Shown: positions 22,979 to 30,885 of the stretch, in pieces
How positions within the stretch are numbered: the stretch's first letter is position 1
How the letters are laid out: each line of letters begins with the position of its first letter
DNA from: Nanobdellota archaeon
GTDB taxonomy: Archaea > Nanobdellota > Nanobdellia > Woesearchaeales > GW2011-AR4
Assembly (NCBI GenBank): GCA_038046385.1
Contig: JBBSWH010000005.1
Span: 468-32,467, forward strand
Length of the DNA stretch: 32,000 bases
Direction: 5' to 3'
Notes under the pieces: generated by a model
Database searches by the model: none
Seen by the model: only the letters and a program-made list of their open reading frames with translations
Told to the model about the DNA's origin: nothing
Translations under genes and position numbers: made by a program

Positions 22979-22986
22979 CTTAAATA
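22979..22986 (+). promoter_or_regulatory. TATA-box-like element (CTTAAATA) for livHMGF
   Basis: Centred about 26 nt upstream of the ATG at 23009, implying a leaderless mRNA. Confidence 0.4.
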
Positions 22987-23008
22987 CTGGTTAGAACCGG
23001 TTAAAAAA

Positions 23009-23893
23009 ATGCCATTCACGGACATACTGCCGCAGCTGCTGGTCAATGGGCTGATTGCCGGGGCAATTTATGCGCTTGCGGCTTCTGGATTCTCGCTTGT
23101 TTATTATGTTCTCAAGTTCCAGTATTTCTCGCAGGGCGCGATAATGACAATAGGCGCTTACTCTTTTTTTGCATTTTTCACTTCCATGAAAATTGGCTAT
23201 GTTACTGCAGGCATTCTTTCAGTAATTGTATCAATTCTTGCGGCTTTGATAACAAACTGGATTGTTTACAGGCCATTGAGAAGGAGAAAAGCGACTCCGG
23301 TGACATTGCTTATAACATCTATTGTTTTGCTTATGTTCTCTTCTTCATTGATTCTTGCGCTTTTTGGGTCGAGTGCAAAGACAATACCTTTTTCAAACAA
23401 AACTTATGATTTTGGGATGTTTACGATAACTTTGCTGCAGATATGGATTATTGCTTCATCAATTGTTTTGTTCTTTGCGCTTTGGCTTGTTCTTAAATTC
23501 ACAAGGCTCGGGAAGGCAATGCGCGCAATAGCAGACAACAAGGATGTTGCGCAGATTATAGGAATAAATCCTGAAAAAATCTACACTTTCACGTTTGTTA
23601 TTGCCTCTGTTTTAGGGGCTTTTGCAGGAATTCTGCTGGGGCTCGAGCAGAACCTGTATCCGAGGATGGGGGTGCTGGTTATAGTAAAAGGATTCATCGG
23701 CGCTGTTGTCGGCGGAATAACATCTGTGCCGGGCTCAATAATCGGCGGGCTGACAGTAGGGGTTGTTGAAAACATAGGGATATGGTTTTTGCCTTCAGGC
23801 TACAAGGATGTTATATCATTTACCATACTCCTTGTGTTTCTTTTGCTTAGGCCGCAGGGAATTTTTGGAGTGAGGTTGCGGGATGATTCTTGA
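23009..23893 (+). CDS. livH: branched-chain amino acid ABC transporter permease (LivH-type)
   Basis: LPQLLVNGLIAGAIYALAASGFSLVY at the N-terminus and AMRAIADNKDVAQIIGINP are typical of LivH. Confidence 0.85.
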   Translation: MPFTDILPQLLVNGLIAGAIYALAASGFSLVYYVLKFQYFSQGAIMTIGAYSFFAFFTSMKIGYVTAGILSVIVSILAALITNWIVYRPLRRRKATPVTLLITSIVLLMFSSSLILALFGSSAKTIPFSNKTYDFGMFTITLLQIWIIASSIVLFFALWLVLKFTRLGKAMRAIADNKDVAQIIGINPEKIYTFTFVIASVLGAFAGILLGLEQNLYPRMGVLVIVKGFIGAVVGGITSVPGSIIGGLTVGVVENIGIWFLPSGYKDVISFTILLVFLLLRPQGIFGVRLRDDS

Positions 23894-24734
23894 TTATTTT
23901 GTTTCAATTATTACATATTCTTTGATTTACATACTGATAGTCACATCATTAAATCTTGCCTATGGATTTACAGGGCTTGTGAATCTTGGGCATATGGCTT
24001 TCTTCGGCATCGGAGCGTATGCTTCTGCATTATTGACTTTAAATGGGATGCCTTGGTATGCTGCAATGATTTTAGCAGGAATAATTGCGTCAGTTTTTGG
24101 GGCAATAATGGCTGCAATAACTGTTCGTTTGAAGGGAGATTATTTTCAGGTGGTTACTTTGGGGCTCGTGTTTATGACGATTGCAGTATCAAGAAATTGG
24201 ATATCGCTGACAAGGGGCGCTTTGGGACTGCCCGGGGTGCCAAGCATAATATCAAGCAAATTTTATTACATGCTTTTTGTTTTATTAATCTGCAGTATTT
24301 GTGTTCTTATAATTAATCTTATTGTGAAGTCAAAAACCGGAAGAATTTTTCAGGCAATAAGGGATGATGAGACTGCGGCAGCTATTCTTGGGAAGAACAC
24401 TTATTTTTACAAGGTTTTAAGCATTTCAGTATCAACATTCTTTGCAGGAATTGCGGGAAGCTTGTTTGTTCATTATATTAATTTTGTAGATCCCACTATA
24501 TTTGACCTTGAGTTTTTCGTGCTAATACTTTCCTTCCTCATTATTGGGGGAGTTGCGTCTATAAAAGGAACTATAATCAGCGTTTTTGTGTTGGAAGCAA
24601 TACATGAGTCACTGAGATTTGTTGCAATAAGCCCGGAAATAATTGGCGCTTTGAGGGTTATGCTTTTTATGGGGATATCGATTGTCATACTGATATTCAG
24701 ACCGAGGGGAATGTTTGGCAAGGTGGACATATGA
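23883..24734 (+). CDS. livM: branched-chain amino acid ABC transporter permease (LivM-type)
   Basis: LNLAYGFTGLVNLGHMAFFGIGAYASA and FQAIRDDETAAAILGKN are typical of LivM. 11-nt overlap with livH. Confidence 0.85.
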   Translation: MILDYFVSIITYSLIYILIVTSLNLAYGFTGLVNLGHMAFFGIGAYASALLTLNGMPWYAAMILAGIIASVFGAIMAAITVRLKGDYFQVVTLGLVFMTIAVSRNWISLTRGALGLPGVPSIISSKFYYMLFVLLICSICVLIINLIVKSKTGRIFQAIRDDETAAAILGKNTYFYKVLSISVSTFFAGIAGSLFVHYINFVDPTIFDLEFFVLILSFLIIGGVASIKGTIISVFVLEAIHESLRFVAISPEIIGALRVMLFMGISIVILIFRPRGMFGKVDI

Positions 24735-25417
24735 TGCTTTCATTAAAGAATATTTCAAAAAGCTTTGGGGGTGTTAAGGCTGTTGATAGATGTACATTTA
24801 ATGTTGAAGAAGGAACTATCACATCGCTTATCGGGCCGAACGGCGCAGGCAAGACCACTGTGTTTAACATAATAAGCGGATTAACGAATCCGGATTCCGG
24901 ATCAATAAAGCTTGGAAACAGGGATGTTGCAGGGCTTCCTGCTTACAAAATCGCACAATTCGGGATAAGCAGGACTTTTCAATTGACTAAAGTGTTCAGG
25001 AATATGTCAATAAAAGACAACCTGCTTATGGCAAAAGAAGCATCTGAAAAAGAGATGGAAGATGTTATTAAAAGTGTTTACCTTAACAAGCCGCTCGATA
25101 CAACTGCTTCTGAGCTTTCTTACGGCCAGCAAAGACTGCTGGAGATTGCAAGGGCATTATTGATGCCGCATAACCTTTTGATGCTTGATGAGCCTACTGC
25201 AGGAGTTAATCCAAGGATAAGGCAGGAATTAAAGATAATACTTAAGAAATTAAGAAAAGAAGGGAAAACTGTTTTGCTTATTGAGCACGACATGGATTTT
25301 GTGATGGATATAAGCGACAAAGTGATTGTCCTTGCAGAAGGCAGTGTTTTAAGAGAAGGAAAGCCAAATGAGATAATGAAAGACAAAAAGGTTTTAGAGG
25401 TTTATCTGGGGAAATAA
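24731..25417 (+). CDS. livG: ABC transporter ATP-binding protein (LivG-type)
   Basis: Walker A GPNGAGKTT, signature LSYGQQRLLEIA, Walker B LLMLDEPTAG. ATGA-type overlap with livM. Confidence 0.85.
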   Translation: MMLSLKNISKSFGGVKAVDRCTFNVEEGTITSLIGPNGAGKTTVFNIISGLTNPDSGSIKLGNRDVAGLPAYKIAQFGISRTFQLTKVFRNMSIKDNLLMAKEASEKEMEDVIKSVYLNKPLDTTASELSYGQQRLLEIARALLMPHNLLMLDEPTAGVNPRIRQELKIILKKLRKEGKTVLLIEHDMDFVMDISDKVIVLAEGSVLREGKPNEIMKDKKVLEVYLGK

Positions 25418-25584
25418 TGATTATAATAAATAGGCGAGCTGGTTATGGTGCCAGCGAGCACAAAAGTCTGTGCGAAGCACGGAAAAATAAAAATCACAAA
25501 AACAATAAACAAAACTCATTAACTAATAACATTAAAAAATAAACATTGAATAAAAATTGTTATAATAAAAATTAAAAAACTAAA

Positions 25585-26292
25585 ATGTTAAACATACAAA
25601 ACCTAAAATCAGGATATGGGAAGATGCAAGTACTTGATGGAGTGAATCTTGCTGTAAAACCGGGAGAGATAGCTGTGCTGATTGGGCCAAATGGCGCAGG
25701 GAAATCAACTGTGCTAAAAAGCATCTTTAATTTGATTGATATTTACAATGGAAAAATTGTTTATAAAAATAAGGACATCACAGATATTCCAACTCATGAG
25801 CTTATCGAGCTTGGAATAAGCTATGTTCCGCAGGGGAGGCAGGTTTTCAGCAGCCTGACTGTGAAAGAAAATCTTGAAATGGGTGCTTTTCTTACAAAGG
25901 AAAAAACGCTTGTAGATAAAAAAATGGAAGAAGTGCTGGAAAAGCATTTTCCAGACTTAAGGAAAAAACTTAATGATTATGCATTCTCCCTTTCCGGAGG
26001 GCAGCAGCAGATGCTTGCAATCGGAAGGGCGCTTATGCAAGATCCGCAGCTGCTTTTATTGGATGAGCCTTCGCTTGGGCTGGCCCCAAAGATAATGAAA
26101 GAGTTATTCAGAAAGATAAAGGAAATCAATGAAGAAGGAGTTACAATACTGATGGTTGAGCAGAACGCAAGACAGGCTACTCAGATTGCAGACAAAATAT
26201 TCGTGCTTGAGGACGGAAAAGTGGCTTTGAGCGGCAATAAATCGTTGTTGAAAACAAAAAAGATACAGCATATTTATCTTGGCGGGCATTGA
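25585..26292 (+). CDS. livF: ABC transporter ATP-binding protein (LivF-type)
   Basis: Walker A GPNGAGKST, signature LSGGQQQMLAIG, Walker B LLLLDEPSLG. Confidence 0.85.
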   Translation: MLNIQNLKSGYGKMQVLDGVNLAVKPGEIAVLIGPNGAGKSTVLKSIFNLIDIYNGKIVYKNKDITDIPTHELIELGISYVPQGRQVFSSLTVKENLEMGAFLTKEKTLVDKKMEEVLEKHFPDLRKKLNDYAFSLSGGQQQMLAIGRALMQDPQLLLLDEPSLGLAPKIMKELFRKIKEINEEGVTILMVEQNARQATQIADKIFVLEDGKVALSGNKSLLKTKKIQHIYLGGH

Positions 26293-26303
26293 AAACCCAA
26301 TCT

Positions 26304-26312
26304 TTTTAAATT
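26304..26312 (+). promoter_or_regulatory. TATA-box-like element (TTTTTAAAT) for the PEPC gene
   Basis: Centred about 25 nt upstream of the ATG at 26333, implying a leaderless mRNA. Confidence 0.4.
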
Positions 26313-26332
26313 GAGTATTCATTCTTTTTATT

Positions 26333-27805
26333 ATGGCAAAGCACAATGTGTCAAGGACAATGTCAACACAGCATCCTGACAATGTACATACTCCTTTTTT
26401 CTCCGACAATCCCGAATTAGGGGGGGAAGATGAAGTCAAAGAAGTTTTCTATGCATATTCGCACATACACTGCAAGGAACAGCTGTGGGACTGTGAGGGA
26501 AAAGAGGTTGATAATTTTGTTGTTAAGAAATTATTAAGCAAGTACGAGCCTTATTTCAGGAAGAATACGCTTGGAAAAGATATAGCGCTTACTTTAAGGG
26601 TCCCCAATCCTTCTGTTGAGAAGAATGAAGCCAAAATATTATTGGAAACGCTTGAAAGCATCCCAAGAAATTATGATGCAGCCAATCTTTTTTATGATAA
26701 AGAAGTTGCGCCAATATTTGAGATTGCTCTGCCGATGACAAGAAGCCATAAAGAGCTTGTGAGGATTGCACAATATTACAGGAACCATGTTGTGGGGAAG
26801 CAGCACCACAAGATTGATGGCATGAAAATATCCGATTGGATAGGCGACTTTAAGCCAGAATCATTAAGAATGATTCCGCTGATAGAGGAGAACGACACAA
26901 TACTTGATGCTGACAAAATTGTTGAGAATTATTTAAAAGAAGAAAAAGTTGAGGAATATCAAAGAGTGTGGCTTGCAAGATCTGATCCTGCGCTGAATTA
27001 CGGGAATCTTGCAACTGTGCTGATGCTGAAGGTGTCATTGCAGAAGCTTAGAAAAGTGCAGGAAAAGATGTCTATTGATATTCTGCCGATATTAGGATGC
27101 GGTTCTGCTCCATTCAGGGGAAACTTCAAGCCAACTAACATAAAGAACTGTATTAAAGGATATCCAAGCATACACACTTACACATTGCAGTCTGCTTTCA
27201 AATATGATTACAATATACATGACGTCAACAAGGCTGTTAAATTTTTGAATGGGACAAAAGCAGGCAAGCCGGTGCAGGTTGATGAGAAAAGATTATTGCC
27301 GATAATTGAAAAGCTGACAAAAGAATATCAGAAGCAGGTCAAGCTGCTTGTTGGCCAGATTAACAATATAGTGCCCTATATTCCTTCGAGAAGAAAAAGA
27401 AAACTGCACATTGGATTATTTGGATATTCGCGGGAGATGAAAGGCACAAAATTGCCACGCGCGATAACATTCTGTGCATCCCTTTATTCGTATGGTCTTC
27501 CGCCAGAATTATTGTCGCTGAATGTTTTAAATTCAAAGGATATTGATTACATCAAAGATGTTTATGCAAATTTTGAAGCTGATTTGAAAGACTCATTGAA
27601 GTATTTGAACAAAAATAACTTGAAGATATTCCCTAACGAAATTGTAAAATCAATCAATAAAATAAAAAGTATGGCTGATTATGAGCCTGATGAGAAGCAC
27701 AATAAAGTAACTTCAATAATTCTTGAAAATTTGAAAAAGAAAGAGTATACTACATTAACCGAAAACATAACGAGAGCTGGATTTATCAGAGGATTTTTAG
27801 GCTGA
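26333..27805 (+). CDS. ppcA: archaeal-type phosphoenolpyruvate carboxylase
   Basis: The N-terminal SRTMSTQHPDN motif and the 490-aa size are characteristic of the archaeal-type PEPC family, which is much shorter than bacterial or plant PEPC. Confidence 0.8.
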   Translation: MAKHNVSRTMSTQHPDNVHTPFFSDNPELGGEDEVKEVFYAYSHIHCKEQLWDCEGKEVDNFVVKKLLSKYEPYFRKNTLGKDIALTLRVPNPSVEKNEAKILLETLESIPRNYDAANLFYDKEVAPIFEIALPMTRSHKELVRIAQYYRNHVVGKQHHKIDGMKISDWIGDFKPESLRMIPLIEENDTILDADKIVENYLKEEKVEEYQRVWLARSDPALNYGNLATVLMLKVSLQKLRKVQEKMSIDILPILGCGSAPFRGNFKPTNIKNCIKGYPSIHTYTLQSAFKYDYNIHDVNKAVKFLNGTKAGKPVQVDEKRLLPIIEKLTKEYQKQVKLLVGQINNIVPYIPSRRKRKLHIGLFGYSREMKGTKLPRAITFCASLYSYGLPPELLSLNVLNSKDIDYIKDVYANFEADLKDSLKYLNKNNLKIFPNEIVKSINKIKSMADYEPDEKHNKVTSIILENLKKKEYTTLTENITRAGFIRGFLG

Positions 27806-28357
27806 TTATTTTTTTCTAAAACAAGTTTCAATGTGGTCATCGACCATTCCAACAGCCTGCATGAAGGCGTAGCAGATTGTGGAGCCTGCAAACTTAAAGC
27901 CTCTTTTTAGAAGGTCTTTAGACATTGCATCTGATTCAGGTGATTTTGCAGGGATTTCTTTCAATGATTTTGGATGGTTTGTTATTGTTTTATTATTTGT
28001 AAACTGCCATATATACTTGTCAAATGTTCCAAACTCTTCTTTTACCTTAAGAAAGCATTTTGCATTTGTTATTGCTGATGCTATTTTCAGTTTGTTTCTT
28101 ATTATTCCGGAATTTGAAAGAAGCTCTTTGACTTTTTTTTCATTGTATTTTGAAACTTTAATTGGGTCAAAGTTGTCAAAAGCTTTTTTGTACTCTTTTC
28201 TTTTCTTGAGTACAGTGCTCCAGCTTAAGCCGGCTTGGGCGCCTTCAAGTATCAGGAATTCAAACAGTAATCTGTCATCATGAACAGGAGTTCCCCATTC
28301 TTTATCGTGATACTCCTGCATTAAATCGCCGGATTCGCACCATTCGCATCTTTTCAT
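27806..28357 (-). CDS. tag: DNA-3-methyladenine glycosylase I (Tag)
   Basis: CEWCESGDLMQEYHDKEWGTPVHDDRLLFEFLILEGAQAGLSWSTVLKKR. The likely start is MKRCEWC at 28357, since the track start at 28429 adds 24 non-conserved residues. The stop abuts the PEPC stop with no gap. Confidence 0.85.
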   Translation of the reverse strand: MKRCEWCESGDLMQEYHDKEWGTPVHDDRLLFEFLILEGAQAGLSWSTVLKKRKEYKKAFDNFDPIKVSKYNEKKVKELLSNSGIIRNKLKIASAITNAKCFLKVKEEFGTFDKYIWQFTNNKTITNHPKSLKEIPAKSPESDAMSKDLLKRGFKFAGSTICYAFMQAVGMVDDHIETCFRKK

Positions 28358-28432
28358 TGGATTGTAGAATAATTGGCGGTTTAAATTGGTTTTGCCATCG
28401 TTTGCATTGAATGTAAGACAAAACTGCATTTT

Positions 28433-29353
28433 ATGACAAGGTTTTTAAACAAAAAATTGTTACATGCAGTTATGGAAGTTGTTTCGTCATTCTACAAGTA
28501 TGTAAAAATAGAAAATCCTGCAGAAGTGCAGAAGCAGCAGATTGAGTTGTGCAATTTGCTTGGATTAAAGGGGAGGATATTACTCGGTGAAGAGGGAATA
28601 AACGGCTGTGTTGCTGGCACAAAAGAGAATGTTGATATTTATAAGAAAGAAGTTGTCAAGAATAAACTGTTTGATGATGTAACTTTCAAGGACACTTTGT
28701 CAGAAAAACACGCTTACAGGAAGCTTTTTGTCAGGATAAGGGAAGAAATCGTTAATTCCGGATTGAATGTTGACTTAAAGAATACGGCTGAATTTGTAAC
28801 GCCTGAACAGCTAAAGGAGATGCTTGATGCCAATGAAGATTTGATTTTGGTTGACATGAGAAATGATTATGAATCGAATATCGGCAAGTTTAGGAACGCT
28901 GTTCCAATGCCAATAAGAAACTTTAGGGATTTGCCTAATGCTGTTGATGTTTTAAAGGAATTTAAAGATAAAAAAATAGTCACATACTGCACCGGAGGGA
29001 TAAGATGCGAAAAGGCATCTGCATTTTTGAAAGAGAACGGATTCAGTGATGTGCAGCAGCTAAAAGGAGGCATTCTTGACTATGGCAATAAATTCCCCGA
29101 CACTTATTGGGAAGGAAAATGCTTTGTTTTTGACGACAGGCTTGCAATTCCATTCAACACAAAAAAAGAAGAACTTACAAAATGCAGATGGTGCGGTTCT
29201 GATGCAAACTATGTCAACTGCCATAATATTGCATGCGACAAACTGTTTTTATGCTGCGAAGAATGCGCTTTAACTCATAAGGCAAGCTGCTCTGAAGAAT
29301 GCGAAAAAGCGCCGAACAGAAGAATTAAAGCAGTTATTGAAGTTCTTAACTAA
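28433..29353 (+). CDS. trhO: rhodanese-domain tRNA U34 hydroxylase family protein (TrhO/YceA, UPF0176)
   Basis: FYKYVKIENP...LGLKGRILLGEEGINGCVAG at the N-terminus. Rhodanese active-site loop YCTGGIRCEKAS. Cys-rich C-terminus. An alternative start MEVVSSFYKY lies at 28472. Confidence 0.8.
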   Translation: MTRFLNKKLLHAVMEVVSSFYKYVKIENPAEVQKQQIELCNLLGLKGRILLGEEGINGCVAGTKENVDIYKKEVVKNKLFDDVTFKDTLSEKHAYRKLFVRIREEIVNSGLNVDLKNTAEFVTPEQLKEMLDANEDLILVDMRNDYESNIGKFRNAVPMPIRNFRDLPNAVDVLKEFKDKKIVTYCTGGIRCEKASAFLKENGFSDVQQLKGGILDYGNKFPDTYWEGKCFVFDDRLAIPFNTKKEELTKCRWCGSDANYVNCHNIACDKLFLCCEECALTHKASCSEECEKAPNRRIKAVIEVLN

Positions 29354-29354
29354 A

Positions 29355-29651
29355 ATGGCAACAAAAGACGAAATAATTGAAGTTCTGAAGAAAGTTGTTG
29401 ATCCTGAAATCAATTATGATGTTTGGAGCCTTGGATTGATATACAACATAGACATTGCTGACGGTAAGGTTAAAGTTCTGATGACATTTACAACGCCAAT
29501 GTGCCCTTATGGCCCGCAATTGATGGATGATGTCAGAAGGCATGTTTCCTCTGTTGATGGCGTCAGGGAAGTTGAAGTTGAAATCACATTCACGCCAGTG
29601 TGGGGACCGGACAAGATGTCAGAAGACGCAAGGATGGCGCTGGGGATTTGA
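29355..29651 (+). CDS. DUF59 / MIP18-family (SufT-like) Fe-S assembly protein
   Basis: VVDPEINYDVWSLGLIYNI...TFTTPMCPYGPQL is the hallmark DUF59 pattern. The ATG at 29355 follows the trhO stop. The track start at 29337 overlaps trhO. Confidence 0.8.
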   Translation: MATKDEIIEVLKKVVDPEINYDVWSLGLIYNIDIADGKVKVLMTFTTPMCPYGPQLMDDVRRHVSSVDGVREVEVEITFTPVWGPDKMSEDARMALGI

Positions 29652-29688
29652 TAAATTTAAAAGTATGAACAAATTCTAACAAAATTCG

Positions 29689-29799
29689 GGCCCATGGTCT
29701 AGTGGCTACCACGCAAATACAATTTGCTGTGTTTGCGTGACCGCAAATGACACAACCTTCACAGGGTTGTAGCAGGAGTTCAATTCTCCTTGGGCCCAT
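29689..29799 (+). tRNA. intron-containing tRNA, predicted tRNA-Val (anticodon CAC) with a 39-nt intron in the D-loop
   Basis: Acceptor stem GGGCCCA / TGGGCCC plus discriminator A. T arm AGGAG-TTCAATT-CTCCT. Anticodon arm CAACC-TTCACAG-GGTTG (U33, CAC at 29761-29763, A37). D stem GTCT (29698-29701) with TGAC (29749-29752). The 111-nt gene against a roughly 72-nt mature length implies an intron at about 29709-29747. Confidence 0.75.
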
Positions 29800-29855
29800 T
29801 AAATTAAATTGTTATAACTAGAATTTTAACAAAAAAGAAATCAATGAAAAATAAT

Positions 29856-29924
29856 TTGGCTCCCCTTATTATACGGTTTATACGTGGGGGTGGTTGAGAA
29901 GAAATCGTTTTTACAGGGAGCCAA
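29856..29924. other. 69-nt inverted-repeat structure between the tRNA and a convergent gene
   Basis: TTGGCTCCC (29856-29864) pairs with GGGAGCCAA (29916-29924). There is an internal CCCC/GGGG alternative and a TATACG direct repeat. Confidence 0.3.
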
Positions 29925-29935
29925 TTAAGCGTGAT

Positions 29936-30346
29936 TCACCTCATTACCGACTTTGATGGTTTTCTCATTTCTCTTATCCACATCAGTCCGATGTGCTGAA
30001 GATCCTTGTTGAACTTGTCAGATACTTTGTACGTCTTCTTGTAAAGGTCGTAATCAATGATGCCCATGCTCTTCATAGGCGTTAATATCCTGTCGTAAAA
30101 CTGCCTTTTGTTGTATGAAACCTTGACTTTCTTGCCTTTGTACGGCGGTTCATCTATCAAATCTGTAATCAAATTGCCATCATGAAGCTTGGTTGCGAAC
30201 AAAGACATCTCAGTTTTGCCGATTTCTCCGCCATTTTCCTTCATCATCTCTATGAGCAGTTTGGCCACGATGACCTGCTGCTTTGTCGCAAATACAACCT
30301 CATAAATGTCTTCAGGTAAGTTAAACCTGTCGAACAACATCACCAT
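29936..30346 (-). CDS. hypothetical protein (possible winged-helix), 136 aa
   Basis: ORF with protein-like composition and no motif I can name. The C-terminal half KVSYNKRQFYDRILTPMKSMGIIDYDLYKKTYKVS looks like a wHTH recognition helix plus wing. Confidence 0.45.
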   Translation of the reverse strand: MVMLFDRFNLPEDIYEVVFATKQQVIVAKLLIEMMKENGGEIGKTEMSLFATKLHDGNLITDLIDEPPYKGKKVKVSYNKRQFYDRILTPMKSMGIIDYDLYKKTYKVSDKFNKDLQHIGLMWIREMRKPSKSVMR

Positions 30347-30504
30347 TTTAATAGATTAAGCACTGCTAGTATATAAATATTTCGCTTTTATATCCTAGTA
30401 TAGTAAAAAGTATATTAATGAATTTATGAGTGAATCGTATAGGAAAATAAATCGAAGAAATAAGGTACATTAGCTTTAAAAACAAGGCAGCATTACTCAT
30501 AAAG

Positions 30505-30885
30505 ATGAGTGAAGGTATAGTTGGCACGATATTAACGCAACAGGGAATAAATGAAGTAGATAAATTGCCAAACGGCATGCAAGGGTATGTAATAAAAATG
30601 ATAATACAAAAACCAGTAACTGATGTTATTGGAGAGTATTTAGGAAATATTGGAGCTACTGGCACAAATAATATTTTAACTTCCCAAGAGTTCGGATCTT
30701 TAACTCTCATTGTGAATATGGAATTGCAGAATCTAGGCATTGTGCCAAAAGAAGGTATAACAGCTGCAGAAAGAGTAGTTCAAAAATATTTAGATAGTAA
30801 ACACTACAGTGTACTTGGATTTGTAGATGAAATAGTGCGCGAAGAAGAAGAACCTGTTGTCGAAAGAACTCTTTCACTAATTTAG
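30505..30885 (+). CDS. hypothetical protein, 126 aa, acidic C-terminus
   Basis: Protein-like composition. Preferred over the overlapping antisense ORF at 30366-30740, which is Phe/Ile/Pro/Cys-rich and looks like junk. Confidence 0.4.
   Translation: MSEGIVGTILTQQGINEVDKLPNGMQGYVIKMIIQKPVTDVIGEYLGNIGATGTNNILTSQEFGSLTLIVNMELQNLGIVPKEGITAAERVVQKYLDSKHYSVLGFVDEIVREEEEPVVERTLSLI

Noticed and set aside
25417-25542. 41-codon ORF (MIIINRRAGYGASEHKSLCEARKNKNHKNNKQNSLTNNIKK) overlapping the livG stop, and a C/D-box sRNA idea for the same region (AATGATTA).
   Set aside because: The peptide is a low-complexity Lys/Asn translation of an A-rich spacer. There is no D box (CUGA) or second C'/D' pair to support a C/D sRNA.
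29726-29755. An alternative bulge-helix-bulge-looking fold in the tRNA intron: TGC bulge, TGTG/CACA helix, TTTGCG/CGCAAA hairpin, TGA bulge.
   Set aside because: The two bulges are on the wrong strands relative to the central helix, a mirror image of a true BHB. Splicing there would leave a non-tRNA-like product. The fold reported in the findings is geometrically correct and restores a normal D-arm.
30366-30740. 124-aa minus-strand ORF overlapping the plus-strand ORF at 30505-30885.
   Set aside because: Its Phe/Ile/Pro/Cys-rich composition is typical of antisense translation of AT-rich coding DNA. The plus-strand product looks more protein-like, although that product is itself only moderately supported.
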